Assembly (NCBI GenBank): GCA_964516435.1
Contig: CAZEZP010000051.1
Span: 6,467 to 70,466 of the forward strand
From: an uncultured Kofleriaceae bacterium
GTDB taxonomy: Bacteria; Myxococcota_A; Polyangia; HGW-17
DNA length: 64,000 nucleotides
Direction of reading: 5' to 3'
Position numbers and translations under genes: made by a program
Part shown: positions 1-9,792 of the stretch, one piece after another
Position numbering within the stretch: the first letter of the stretch is position 1
How the letters are laid out: every line of letters starts with the position of its first letter
Notes under the pieces: model-generated
Told to the model about the DNA's origin: nothing
The model's database searches: none
The model's input: only the letters and a program-made list of their open reading frames with translations

Positions 1-40
1 TTCTTGCGACAGGAAACGGAAATCCTGATTTTTCGCAGTT

Positions 41-3000
41 TCAGGACCCCGTTTGCAGGTCCGATCGAGTAACACAGTCCAGAAGCGTTTGCAAGTGGCG
101 CCCCGCCTGCGTCAGGCGGGCCCGGGACTCGCTTGCGGGCACATCCACCACGGCCGTCAACTGCTGTCCCGACAGGGTGAACGGAAACCCTTTCTGGCGC
201 ATCCGTTCGACCAGGACGGCAGGAGACACCCGCGTGTGCCGGTCGAGATGCACCGTCAACCGCTTTCCCTGCAACCCTATTCCCACGGCATTGAGGGCAC
301 GGGCCAGCACCTTCAGTTCCATCAGCGCCAGATACAGTTCACCCTCGGGCTCCGGCACGCCGTAGCGGTCGGTCAGAACCTCGCGCAAACTTTCCAGCGT
401 GTCCATGTCCCGCGCCATGCCGAGCCGCCGGTACCAGACGATGCGCTCGGCCGGATCGGGGATGTAGGTCTCCGAGAAATACGCCGCCACGTCCACCCGC
501 AGCTCCGGGTCGTTTTCCACGGGAGGCTCCTCGTGGCGCAGCCGGGCGGCCACGTCGCGCACGATTTCCAGATAGGTGTCGAATCCCACCTGCGCCATCA
601 TGCCCGACTGCTTCGCGCCCAGCACTTCGCCGGCCCCCCGGATTTCCAGGTCCTCCGCGGCCAGGGCGAAGCCGGAACCCAGTTGGGTGTGCCGCTGCAG
701 GGCCAGAAGCCGGCGGCGGGCTTCGAACGTGACCGCCTTCTCCGGCAGGAAGAAGTAGGCGAACGCTCGAACGTTCTTTCGCCCCACCCGCCCGCGCAAC
801 TGATACAACTGCGCCAGCCCGAACAGGTGGCTGTCCATCACCAGCAGGGTGTTGGCGCGCGAAATGTCCAGCCCGCTCTCGATGATGGAAGTGCTCACCA
901 GCACGTCGATGGCGCCGTGCAGGAAATCGAACATCACCCGCTCCAGGCGGGCGGCATCCATCTGGCCATGCGCCACGCCCACCCGCATTCCGGGCACCCA
1001 CTCGGCCACCAGCGCCGCCCATTCCTCCACCGAACGGGATGCCGCGTTCCCGGCGCTCCCCACGCGCGGGGCCACCACGAACACCTGCCCGCCGCGGGCA
1101 TGCTCGCGCAGGATGGCTTCCCGCACCACGTTCGGGTCCAGCGGCGCCACGAACGTGCGCACGGCCAGCCGCTCCTGGGGCGGCGTATTGATCAGCGAGA
1201 TGTCGCGCAATCCCACCAACCCCATCTGCAGGGTGCGCGGAATGGGCGTGGCCGACAGGGTGAGCACGTCGAGATTGCTCTTCCAGAAGCGGAACTGCTC
1301 CTTCTGCGCCACCCCGAATTTTTGTTCTTCATCCACGATCAGCAGCCCGAGCCGGGCGAAATGCACGTCCCGCGACAGCAGCCGGTGGGTTCCGATGACG
1401 ATGTCCACGCGCCCGTCGGCCACGCCGGCCAGAATCTCCCGCTGCGCCGCGGGGGATGTAAAGCGGGAGAGCGCCGCCACCCGCACCGGGAAACCCGCCA
1501 TGCGCTCGGAAAACGTGCGCAGATGCTGCTCCACCAGCAGGGTCGTGGGTGCCAGAACGGCCACCTGGCGGCCGCCGGCCACCACGAAGAACGCCGCGCG
1601 CAGGGCCACTTCGGTCTTGCCATACCCCACGTCCCCGCATACCAGCCGATCCATGGGCTTTTCCCCCGTCAGGTCAGCGAAGACGTCTTCGATGGCCTTC
1701 TGCTGGTCGGGCGTCTCCTCGTAGGGGAACGTGGCCGCAAACGAGAGCACCATGGGGTCATCGGGCGAGAGGGGCACGGGCGGGCGGCTGTCCCGGGCCG
1801 TGGCCGCCTGCAGCAGCCGTTCGGCCAGATCCTGCACGCGTTCGGACACCTTCTTCTTGGTGGCCGCCCACGTCTTCCCCCCCAGTTTGTCCAGTTTCAC
1901 CTTTTCCGCCGCCCCGCCGCTCCAGGGCGAGAGTTGCGAAATCCGGTGCACGGGAAGGTAGAGCCTGTCCCCGCCCTCGTATTCCAGCAGGAGGAAATCC
2001 CCGGGAATGCCGCCGGGGCTTTCCCGGAAGAGCCCGCGAAAGATTCCCACCCCGTGCACGGCATGCACGACCAGGTCCCCCTCGGAGATGCCCTGCACGG
2101 ATTCCAGCGCCGGCCGGGTCCGCCCCCTGCGCGCCGGCGCCGCGGAAGCCTTCACGCCGAAGAACTCCTCTTCCGTGAACACCGGTGGCAGCGACTCGCT
2201 GTCGAACCCCCGCTGCAGATGCCCCCGACGGACCAGCACCACCCCCGGCCGCAACTGCGAGAACACATCGGCATCCGGAGGAGGGACATGCAGCGAAAAC
2301 CCGGATTCCTCCAGAATGCGGGCCACCGCAGAATGGGCCGGATCATCCACGGTCAGAAGAACCGGGCACCGCCCCGCCTCCACATGGGCAAAAAGCGCCT
2401 GCCGCAAATGGTCCAGGCGCTCCTCGCGCACCGGACATGGCGTGTGGGGACGCCCGTCGAGTTCCACGCCCCGCCCGTCGGGGGAAATTCCCGGGTGCAG
2501 TTCGAAGCGCTCCCCGGCATCGGCATCCCACAGGGAATCCACGAGGTAGAACGACTCCACCGGAAACGCCAACTGCCGTTCGGCCACGCGGGCGTCGAAA
2601 CGGGCACGCTCCGCATCGATCCACTGATGGAAGGCGTTTTCCACGGCAGGCGGGTTTTCCACGACCACCCGGGTTCCGGCCGGGAAATACGTCCACAGCG
2701 GCACCAGGACTTCGTGGTACAGGGGGACGAGCGCCTCCATGCCGAAAAAGTCCTCGCCGGCCTCCACGCGCTCCAGGATCATCCGGGTCTTGGAGGACGG
2801 ATAGGCCACCGCATCCGCGCGCGCATAGAGGCGTTCGCGAACGCCCCGCGGGTCGCCGAGCACGCATTCGCGCACGGGATACACGAGCAGTTCGTCCACG
2901 GTCCGGAAGCGTTTCTGCGTCTGCGGGTCGAACAGGTGGATCTGCTCTACCTCGTCGTCGAAATACGTGATGCGCGCCGGAAATCCCTCCGCGGGAACAA

Positions 3001-3514
3001 AGACGTCCACCACCTGACCCCGCACGGCGAAAGTGCCCTCGTCCTCCACCACCTCCACGCGGGAGTAACCAGCGGCCACGAGGTCGCGCGCCAGGTTTTC
3101 GCGGGGGTGGCGCACGCCGGGCCCCAGCAGCACGCACAGGGAATCGAACACGGCCCGATGCAGCGTCCTGCGCGCCAGCGCCGCCGCGGAAAGCACCAGC
3201 GCCCGCGGAAGCGCGCCGAAATGCAGATGCGCCAGCAGCGACATACGCGCATGCAGGAGCGCCGGGTCGGGCAATACTTCCGTATAGGCGCTCTCCGGCG
3301 CCGGAAGCCAGAACACGGATGGCGGCAGCGCCGGGTCGGCCGTGCGCTCCGGCCTGCCCAGCGCGCTCTCGAGCGCCCGGGCCATCTCCTGGGCATGCAC
3401 CTCGTCCGCAGTGACGACCGCGACGAAACCGCGGGGCACCCATTCCCTCGCCGTCCAGTAGGCGGCATACGCGCCTTCCGGTACCTGGAAGAATTCCCGT
3501 GCGAACTGCATCAT
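41..3514 (-). CDS. mfd: Transcription-repair coupling factor Mfd
   Basis: 1157 aa. SF2 helicase motifs (Walker A LVCGDVGYGKTEVALRAA, DEAD-like IVDEEQKFGV), an N-terminal UvrB-interaction-like region and a C-terminal TRCF domain. Full-length Mfd architecture. Confidence 0.95.
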   Translation of the reverse strand: MMQFAREFFQVPEGAYAAYWTAREWVPRGFVAVVTADEVHAQEMARALESALGRPERTADPALPPSVFWLPAPESAYTEVLPDPALLHARMSLLAHLHFGALPRALVLSAAALARRTLHRAVFDSLCVLLGPGVRHPRENLARDLVAAGYSRVEVVEDEGTFAVRGQVVDVFVPAEGFPARITYFDDEVEQIHLFDPQTQKRFRTVDELLVYPVRECVLGDPRGVRERLYARADAVAYPSSKTRMILERVEAGEDFFGMEALVPLYHEVLVPLWTYFPAGTRVVVENPPAVENAFHQWIDAERARFDARVAERQLAFPVESFYLVDSLWDADAGERFELHPGISPDGRGVELDGRPHTPCPVREERLDHLRQALFAHVEAGRCPVLLTVDDPAHSAVARILEESGFSLHVPPPDADVFSQLRPGVVLVRRGHLQRGFDSESLPPVFTEEEFFGVKASAAPARRGRTRPALESVQGISEGDLVVHAVHGVGIFRGLFRESPGGIPGDFLLLEYEGGDRLYLPVHRISQLSPWSGGAAEKVKLDKLGGKTWAATKKKVSERVQDLAERLLQAATARDSRPPVPLSPDDPMVLSFAATFPYEETPDQQKAIEDVFADLTGEKPMDRLVCGDVGYGKTEVALRAAFFVVAGGRQVAVLAPTTLLVEQHLRTFSERMAGFPVRVAALSRFTSPAAQREILAGVADGRVDIVIGTHRLLSRDVHFARLGLLIVDEEQKFGVAQKEQFRFWKSNLDVLTLSATPIPRTLQMGLVGLRDISLINTPPQERLAVRTFVAPLDPNVVREAILREHARGGQVFVVAPRVGSAGNAASRSVEEWAALVAEWVPGMRVGVAHGQMDAARLERVMFDFLHGAIDVLVSTSIIESGLDISRANTLLVMDSHLFGLAQLYQLRGRVGRKNVRAFAYFFLPEKAVTFEARRRLLALQRHTQLGSGFALAAEDLEIRGAGEVLGAKQSGMMAQVGFDTYLEIVRDVAARLRHEEPPVENDPELRVDVAAYFSETYIPDPAERIVWYRRLGMARDMDTLESLREVLTDRYGVPEPEGELYLALMELKVLARALNAVGIGLQGKRLTVHLDRHTRVSPAVLVERMRQKGFPFTLSGQQLTAVVDVPASESRARLTQAGRHLQTLLDCVTRSDLQTGS

Positions 3515-3553
3515 GCTGCCAGAAGAATCAATGCACCCGTACCCTTCGCGTCC

Positions 3554-4627
3554 TCAAGGGCGCGGGACCGTGCGAAGCCAGTTGCGAAAATCATGAACCG
3601 TTTCCGCCCAGGGAGATTGCGGGTGCTTTTCCAGGAAGCGGCTCATCGCGGGCTCTCCGGAAGTCCAGTCCTTTCCCCACGCCCAGAGGGCCGCGTGAAA
3701 ATCCACCTGTTCGGCCGAGCCTTCATACCAGGGCAATTTCTCGACCTGCGGCACGAGCGGATCGGGGGACTGGCAACGCCGTTCGAGCAAATCGTCCCAG
3801 CGGCACTCCAGGGGGTCCTGGCCGGCCAGGACATCCCCCTGCCCCAGCCACTGGAGGAATCCGAAGGCCGCGCGGTAATCCCCCGATTTGAACCGGATTT
3901 CCGCCAGGCACGTCACAATGAACCGGTACAGGTCACGCTTGACGGTCCCGCGCATTCCGAAGAACTGCATGTGCTGGAGTTCCAGGGTTTCGAGCGCGCG
4001 GCGCAGCAGCCCATGGGCATTGTCGAGGAGGCCCGCCTGCAAAAGCCGGCTGCCTATGTGCACCAGCAGGATGAAGCGTTCCTGCATTCCCAGGGAAAGG
4101 GCATTGAACAGTTCGAGCGCCTGCGCCAAATCCCCATACCGGTACGCTTCGAGAAAACGCAGATAGGCCTGCCGGGCATCCTGCAGCGCGCGGGTTTTCG
4201 CAGGTGCCGCCGCCTGCATCAGCACATCGAGATAGGTCCGCAGAAATTGCGCATCGGCGCTCTCGGGCGCCAGTTCCAGCGCGCGCAGCGCCAGTTGCCG
4301 GGACGTCTCGTCCGGACTTCCGAGCAACGCCGCGCGCACGCGGCTTCGCATGACGAAGGATTCCGGCAGCCGGTAGCCGGCGCTCACCGGACGAAAGGCC
4401 CGCCAATACGGGTAGGCGAACCAGCGCCGGGCTTCCTCGGCCGTCGTCACCGGAGAGAAAGGTTTTGGAGACAGGGAGATTTGGGAAACCGCGGGCCGCG
4501 GATGCCGGATGTGCGGGTAAACGGTGGGCGGCATTGCGACCTGGGCCACTGGCACAAGCCGGCTCCAGCCTGGAACCGGCGCCGGCGCGCTCAACGCGAT
4601 GAAAGAAATGGCCAAAAACAGGGACAT
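3554..4627 (-). CDS. Hypothetical secreted helical-repeat (TPR-like) protein
   Basis: 357 aa. N-terminal hydrophobic signal-like segment, Ala/Leu-rich helical repeats, no recognisable catalytic motif. 39 nt upstream of mfd on the same strand. Confidence 0.45.
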   Translation of the reverse strand: MSLFLAISFIALSAPAPVPGWSRLVPVAQVAMPPTVYPHIRHPRPAVSQISLSPKPFSPVTTAEEARRWFAYPYWRAFRPVSAGYRLPESFVMRSRVRAALLGSPDETSRQLALRALELAPESADAQFLRTYLDVLMQAAAPAKTRALQDARQAYLRFLEAYRYGDLAQALELFNALSLGMQERFILLVHIGSRLLQAGLLDNAHGLLRRALETLELQHMQFFGMRGTVKRDLYRFIVTCLAEIRFKSGDYRAAFGFLQWLGQGDVLAGQDPLECRWDDLLERRCQSPDPLVPQVEKLPWYEGSAEQVDFHAALWAWGKDWTSGEPAMSRFLEKHPQSPWAETVHDFRNWLRTVPRP

Positions 4628-4628
4628 G

Positions 4629-5354
4629 TCAGTTTTCCGCCTCGAACTTCAGGAGAAAATCCCGTACTTCGGCCGATACGGCATCCGCCTCGAGATCCAG
4701 GAACAGTTCATGACCGCAATGGCTGTACCACGTAACCGACTTGCGCGGGCTGGCGGCTCTTTCCAGCACGAGGCGGGAAGCGGCCGGCGGCACCACGGTG
4801 TCCTTGAGCGAATGGATCAGATGCACCGGCACGGTCAATTGCGGCAGGCGCCTCTGCACATCCTGGGAATAGGCGTACAACTGGGCGAAGGCATCCGACG
4901 GGAAACGCGGATAATTGGTGTTGCGCTGCCGGCGCAGGTCCTGGTCCACGAAGGCATTGGGCGAAGGAAACGAGGGAATCACCCATTTCAGGACACCGGC
5001 CAGGGGGGAAAGCGGATTGCAGAACTGCAGCGCCGGCGCGGCGCCGACGACCACCTTCACGCGGTCGGGAAACGTGATGCCCAGGTCCAGCGCCACCACA
5101 CCGCCCATGGAGAGCCCCACCACAGCGGCCGGACCGCCGGAACGTTCATTGAGGTCGAACAGCGCCGTGCGGGCATCCTCGAACCAATCCCGGGCCTTCA
5201 CTCCCTTCAAATCCTGATATTTCGTCCCATGTCCGCGCAATACCGGCATGGCGACGAGAAAACCGGCCCCTTCCAGAAGCTGCGCAGGCTTTCTCACGCA
5301 ATCCAGGCTGGAAGTGAAGCCATGCAAAACCAGAACAGGAAATTTTCGAGGCAT
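4629..5354 (-). CDS. Alpha/beta-hydrolase fold carboxylesterase (Est family)
   Basis: HGF(T/S) oxyanion-hole motif (VLVLHGFTSS) and nucleophile elbow GLSMGG, matching the Bacillus Est-type carboxylesterase layout. Start chosen at MPRKF. The longer ORF to 5387 is also possible. Confidence 0.75.
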   Translation of the reverse strand: MPRKFPVLVLHGFTSSLDCVRKPAQLLEGAGFLVAMPVLRGHGTKYQDLKGVKARDWFEDARTALFDLNERSGGPAAVVGLSMGGVVALDLGITFPDRVKVVVGAAPALQFCNPLSPLAGVLKWVIPSFPSPNAFVDQDLRRQRNTNYPRFPSDAFAQLYAYSQDVQRRLPQLTVPVHLIHSLKDTVVPPAASRLVLERAASPRKSVTWYSHCGHELFLDLEADAVSAEVRDFLLKFEAEN

Positions 5355-5442
5355 GCCAATGCATCCATTTCCGGCGCACGAGCGCACGCAGGCACCCTAC
5401 CTGCCCGCCTAGTATTTGTAAAGCTGCCCCCGAATCGCGTCC

Positions 5443-5820
5443 TCATGGCGCCGGAGGCTCCGGCGGCGTCTGCAACCCGGGAGCCGAACGGACGAAATGC
5501 GGCATCTCGAAGGGGATTTCCAGGGACATCTCCACGAAGCCCGCATATTCCCCGTTCTGGAACCAGGGGCACTGGTAAATGATCTTCTTGATGCCATTCT
5601 TTTCGATGGTGTACACGTTCTTCTGCCGGTTTTGCATCAAATCCGCCAGTTTGCTCCGTGCCGGCTCGGGATGGCAGTCGAACAGATTGCGCCCGATCAG
5701 GTCGGCGCCGCCCTGGCGGGCGAACGTGGCCTGCGCCTTCTGGTTCATGTACAAAATCTTCCCGTCCCGGTCGCACACGGTCACGGCGCCATCGAATTCG
5801 GTCACCCATTCGCAAAACAT
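5443..5820 (-). CDS. PAS domain sensor protein (single domain)
   Basis: 125 aa with a PAS-like fold signature (VCDRDGKILYMNQKAQATF...GRNLFDCHP...IEKNGIKKI). First gene of the co-oriented PAS-esterase-hypothetical-mfd string. Confidence 0.6.
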   Translation of the reverse strand: MFCEWVTEFDGAVTVCDRDGKILYMNQKAQATFARQGGADLIGRNLFDCHPEPARSKLADLMQNRQKNVYTIEKNGIKKIIYQCPWFQNGEYAGFVEMSLEIPFEMPHFVRSAPGLQTPPEPPAP

Positions 5821-5880
5821 GAAGCCTCCTTTCGACGCCCTTTTATGCTATGCTTTGCCCGCCTTGAAAAGGAGTCGCTC

Positions 5881-7530
5881 ATGAAAACGATGAAAATCCT
5901 TCCACTGGGACTGTCATTTCTGCTGTTTTCGACTTTCGCCGCCTGCGACGATTCCGCAAAGAAAGCCGTCTGCGGCGACGGCAAGGCCGCCGGTTCGGAG
6001 AGTTGCGATGGCCTCGACCTGCGGGGGCAGACCTGCACGAGCCTGGGCTACTATGGCGGCACGCTCGCCTGCTCGGATGCCTGCGGGTGGGATCTCGCCT
6101 CCTGCGAAGCCGCCGGACGCTGCGGCGACGGCGCCATCCAGGCCAGCCGGGAGCAGTGCGACGGCACGGATCTGGGTGGGGCTTCCTGTGCTTCCATCGG
6201 ACTTGGTTCGGGCACGCTCGCCTGCTCCACGAACTGTCGGCTGGATACGGCCGGATGCGAAATCCAGCCCGTATGCGGCGATGGGCGGCGGCAGGGCGGC
6301 GAGGAATGCGACGGCTCCGATTTCGCCGGGGCTTCCTGCTCGAGCCTGGGCTTCGCCGGAGGCACGCTCGCCTGCACCGCCAGCTGCACCATCGATACCA
6401 CCGGCTGCACCAGCGCCCCCGCCTGCGGCGACAACGTGGCCGAGGGCGGCGAGGAATGCGACGGCACCGATTTCGCCGGTGCCTCCTGCTCGAGCCTGGG
6501 CTATTACGGCGGCACGCTCGCCTGCACAGCCAACTGCACCCGGGACACGAGTTCCTGTGCGGCAGCCGGGCGCTGCGGCGACGCCACCATCCAGGCGGCC
6601 CAGGGCGAGGAATGCGACGGAGACGACCTGGGCGGAGCCACCTGCGAGAGCCGCGGATTCGCCGGCGGCACGCTGGCCTGCTCCCCCGCCTGCCGGTTCG
6701 ACACCAGTCTGTGCGGGCAGAGCCAGACGGAAATCGTCTGCCGCCGCTGGAACCAGGACCGCGCCGACATGAGCGAGGGCATCTGGTCAGGCGATGTCAA
6801 CCAGTGCGTGGCCGGCGACATCGGTGCCCCGGGCCGCGCCAACGCGCTGAGAATCGTGAACCTCTACCGCTACCTGGCCGGTCTTCCGGCCGTCACCACG
6901 GATCCGGCGCTGGATGCCAAGGCCCAGCAGTGCGCCCTGATGATGACGGCCAACAACCAACTCAACCACTACCCGCCCACGTCCTGGACCTGCTACACGC
7001 AGGACGGCGCCACGGCGGCCGGATCCTCCAACCTGGCCAGCACGGCGGCCGTCGCGGCCGTGGACCTGTACATGGTGGATCCCGGAAACCCGCAGACCAT
7101 CGGCCATCGGCGCTGGATCCTCTCCAACAGTTTCGGGCCCACCGGAATCGGCTCCACGCACAGTTATTCGTGCATGTGGGCGTTCGGCAGCGGCAGCGCG
7201 TCCAAACCCTGGACGGCCTTTCCCACCCCCGGCATCTTCCCGGTGCAGGCCATCACCGCGTCCTGGTCATCCGTGGATCAGACCGGCTGGACGGTGCAGA
7301 GCGATTCCATCAGCCTTTCCGGCGCGCAGGTGACCATCACCATGGACGGCTCGGTGCCTCGGCCCGTGAGCGTCACCCAGTTGCTGGGCGGCTATGGCTC
7401 CTCGTATGCCATCTCCATGATTCCCCAGGGCTGGACATCCCAGGCCGGCCACACGTATCACGTGGAAATCACCGGTATCAATCCGACTATTTCCTATGAT
7501 GTCCAGATGGTGGACTGCTCGGGCTACTGA
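5881..7530 (+). CDS. Secreted lipoprotein with six Myxococcus-type cysteine-rich repeats and a C-terminal CAP/SCP (PR-1-like) domain
   Basis: Starts at the ATG giving MKTMKILPLGLSFLLFSTFAAC (lipobox), not at the far-upstream ORF start. Six about 50-aa repeats of the form CGDG..EECDG.D..G.SC.SLG..GGTLAC...C..DT..C. The C-terminal region carries the CAP-like motif HYPPTSW...GHRRWIL (compare HYTQVVW). Confidence 0.8.
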   Translation: MKTMKILPLGLSFLLFSTFAACDDSAKKAVCGDGKAAGSESCDGLDLRGQTCTSLGYYGGTLACSDACGWDLASCEAAGRCGDGAIQASREQCDGTDLGGASCASIGLGSGTLACSTNCRLDTAGCEIQPVCGDGRRQGGEECDGSDFAGASCSSLGFAGGTLACTASCTIDTTGCTSAPACGDNVAEGGEECDGTDFAGASCSSLGYYGGTLACTANCTRDTSSCAAAGRCGDATIQAAQGEECDGDDLGGATCESRGFAGGTLACSPACRFDTSLCGQSQTEIVCRRWNQDRADMSEGIWSGDVNQCVAGDIGAPGRANALRIVNLYRYLAGLPAVTTDPALDAKAQQCALMMTANNQLNHYPPTSWTCYTQDGATAAGSSNLASTAAVAAVDLYMVDPGNPQTIGHRRWILSNSFGPTGIGSTHSYSCMWAFGSGSASKPWTAFPTPGIFPVQAITASWSSVDQTGWTVQSDSISLSGAQVTITMDGSVPRPVSVTQLLGGYGSSYAISMIPQGWTSQAGHTYHVEITGINPTISYDVQMVDCSGY

Positions 7531-7576
7531 GCGCGGCCGAAGAACCGCAGAAACGCAAGAACGCGGGGGATGATGA

Positions 7577-9769
7577 TCATTTCATCAGGCCACGGTGGCG
7601 CAGCAGTGGCTCGATCCTGGGCTTGGCGCCGCGGAAGCGCTCGTAGAGGACCATGGGTTCCTCGGTGTAGCCCGAGGAGAGCAGTTTGCGGAAGCGGGCC
7701 GCCGTGGGTGCATGGAAAATGTCCTTGGCTTCGCGGAAGGCTTCGAATGCGTCATTGTCCAGAACCGCCGCCCAGATGTAGGAATAGTAGCCGGCGGCGT
7801 ATCCTCCCACGATATGGGCGAAATACGTGCTGCGGTAGCGCGATACGATCTCGGGAATGAGCCCGATGCCGTCGAGCGCCTTCTTCTCGAAGGCGGCCGT
7901 GTCCTGCTCCACGGGCTCGGTCAGCGTGTGCCAGCGCATGTCGAGGTAGGAGGCCGCCAGGTATTCCACGGTTTCGAAACCCTGGTTGAAGGTGCGCGCC
8001 TTGGCCATGCGGTCGATGAGCGCCTGCGGGATGGTCTCGCCGGTCTTGTAGTGTTTGGCGTACATCCGCAGCACCTCGGGCTCCGAGGCCCAGTGCTCCA
8101 TGATCTGCGAGGGCAGTTCCACGAAATCGCGCGGTACGTTGGTGCCTGCGATGGACGGGTACGTGCAGTCCGAGAAGAGGCCATGCAGGGCGTGACCGAA
8201 TTCATGGAACAGCGTTTCCACCTCCTCGAAACTGAGCAATGCCGGGGTGTCGCCCGTGGGGCGCGTGAAATTGCCAACGATCGTCACGATGGGATGCACG
8301 TGCTTGCCGTCCTTCTTCATCTGCTGGCGGTACTCGCCCATCCAGGCGCCCACGCGCTTGCCCGGGCGCGGATGGAAATCCGTGAGCAGCAGGCCCACCA
8401 GCCGCCCGTCCGCTTCCTTGACCTCGAATGTGCGCACCTCGGGGTTGTACTTGGGCAGATCCTTGCGCTCCTCGAACTTGAGCCCATAGAGCCTGCCCGC
8501 CACGCCGAAGACGCCGGCGAGCACGTTGTCCAACTGGAAGTACGGGCGCAACTGCTCCTCGTCCAGGTCATAGCGCTGCTTGCGCAACTGCTCGGCATAG
8601 TACCACCAGTCCCAGGAGGCCAGTTTCACGCGCGGCTTTTCGCGGTCGGCCAGTTTCTGCAGTTCGGCGGCCTCCTTCTTCGCGTTGGGCAGCGCGGCCT
8701 TCCACAGGCGGTCCAGCAACTCGAACACGGCCTTGGGTGTCTTGGCCATCTGCTCGTCGAGCGTGTAATCGGCGAAGGTGGGGAAACCCAGCAGTTTCGC
8801 CTGCTGCACGCGCAGGGCGGCAATGCGGGCGATGATCTTCTTGTTGTCCAGTTCGTCCCCGTGATCCCCCCGCGTGATGTATCCCTTGTACAATTTTTCA
8901 CGCAGGTCGCGGCGCCTGGAATACTGCAAGAACGGAATCCACGACGGCTTGTCCAGGGTGAAGAGCCATCCCTGCTTGCCCCGCGCCCGAGCCGCGTCCG
9001 CCGCCGCCGAACGCACGGAATCCGGAAGTCCTTCCAGTTCGGCCGCATCCGTCAGCAGCATCTCGAATCGCTTGCCCTCGGCCAGCAGGTTGTCGTTGTA
9101 GCGCACGGCCAGGTTGGCCAGTTCTTCGTTGACGGCACGCAGTTGCTTCTTCTGCTCCGCGGACAGAAGCGCACCGCCCCGCACGAAGCGACGGTAGTGC
9201 ACCGTGAGCAACTGTTTCTGCTCGGGCGAGAGCGCCGCCACGGCCTTGGCATCGTCGTGCACGGCCCGGATGCGCGCGAACAGTTTCTCATCCAAGTAGA
9301 TATCGTCCTGGTGCCGCGTGAGCACGGGCATGATTTCCTTGCGGATGTTCTGCAGTTCGTCGTTCGCGTCCGCGGATGCCACCAGGAAGAACACGTTGCC
9401 CACCCGATCCAGGGCGAGGCTGGAATACTCGAACGGCTCCACCGTGTTGGCGAACGTGGGGGCCTCGGGGTTCGCCACGATGCGGGCGATGATCTCCTTC
9501 TGCTCCTTCATGGCGCGTTCGAAGGCCGGCCGGTAGTGTTCCGGCTTGATGCGGTCGAACGGGGGCATGCCATGCGGTGTCGTCCATTCCTCGAAAAACG
9601 GATTCATGACGGTCTCCTTCGGGGGCTCGGCCGGAGGCGTGGGGGCTGGCGGCGCCGTGTTCGTCACGGCCGCGGGTGGCGGCACAGCTGTAAGCGTCTT
9701 GGTCTCGTTCTTCTGACACCCCAGGAATAGGGCCAGAACTGCGATCCATGCGGTTTTTCGACAACACAT
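7577..9769 (-). CDS. dcp: M3-family zinc metallopeptidase (peptidyl-dipeptidase Dcp / oligopeptidase A-like), lipoprotein
   Basis: HEFGHALH zinc-binding HEXXH motif plus the downstream E ligand region. Start chosen at the ATG giving MCCRKTAWIAVLALFLGC (lipoprotein signal). The ORF extends to 9904 if an upstream start is used. Confidence 0.85.
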   Translation of the reverse strand: MCCRKTAWIAVLALFLGCQKNETKTLTAVPPPAAVTNTAPPAPTPPAEPPKETVMNPFFEEWTTPHGMPPFDRIKPEHYRPAFERAMKEQKEIIARIVANPEAPTFANTVEPFEYSSLALDRVGNVFFLVASADANDELQNIRKEIMPVLTRHQDDIYLDEKLFARIRAVHDDAKAVAALSPEQKQLLTVHYRRFVRGGALLSAEQKKQLRAVNEELANLAVRYNDNLLAEGKRFEMLLTDAAELEGLPDSVRSAAADAARARGKQGWLFTLDKPSWIPFLQYSRRRDLREKLYKGYITRGDHGDELDNKKIIARIAALRVQQAKLLGFPTFADYTLDEQMAKTPKAVFELLDRLWKAALPNAKKEAAELQKLADREKPRVKLASWDWWYYAEQLRKQRYDLDEEQLRPYFQLDNVLAGVFGVAGRLYGLKFEERKDLPKYNPEVRTFEVKEADGRLVGLLLTDFHPRPGKRVGAWMGEYRQQMKKDGKHVHPIVTIVGNFTRPTGDTPALLSFEEVETLFHEFGHALHGLFSDCTYPSIAGTNVPRDFVELPSQIMEHWASEPEVLRMYAKHYKTGETIPQALIDRMAKARTFNQGFETVEYLAASYLDMRWHTLTEPVEQDTAAFEKKALDGIGLIPEIVSRYRSTYFAHIVGGYAAGYYSYIWAAVLDNDAFEAFREAKDIFHAPTAARFRKLLSSGYTEEPMVLYERFRGAKPRIEPLLRHRGLMK

Positions 9770-9792
9770 CACGATTCTTCCTCCTTTGCGAA

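Noticed and set aside
53-4735. 1560-aa plus-strand ORF antisense to mfd and the downstream genes
   Set aside because: Arg/Gly/His/Pro-rich junk composition typical of stop-free antisense frames in high-GC DNA. The opposite strand encodes unmistakable Mfd.
6003-7499. Alternative-frame ORFs (6003..7499, 6008..6772, 5497..5880 extension) over the Cys-rich repeat gene
   Set aside because: The repeat structure keeps several frames open. Only the frame starting MKTMKILPL... has a lipoprotein signal, coherent Cys spacing and a CAP domain.
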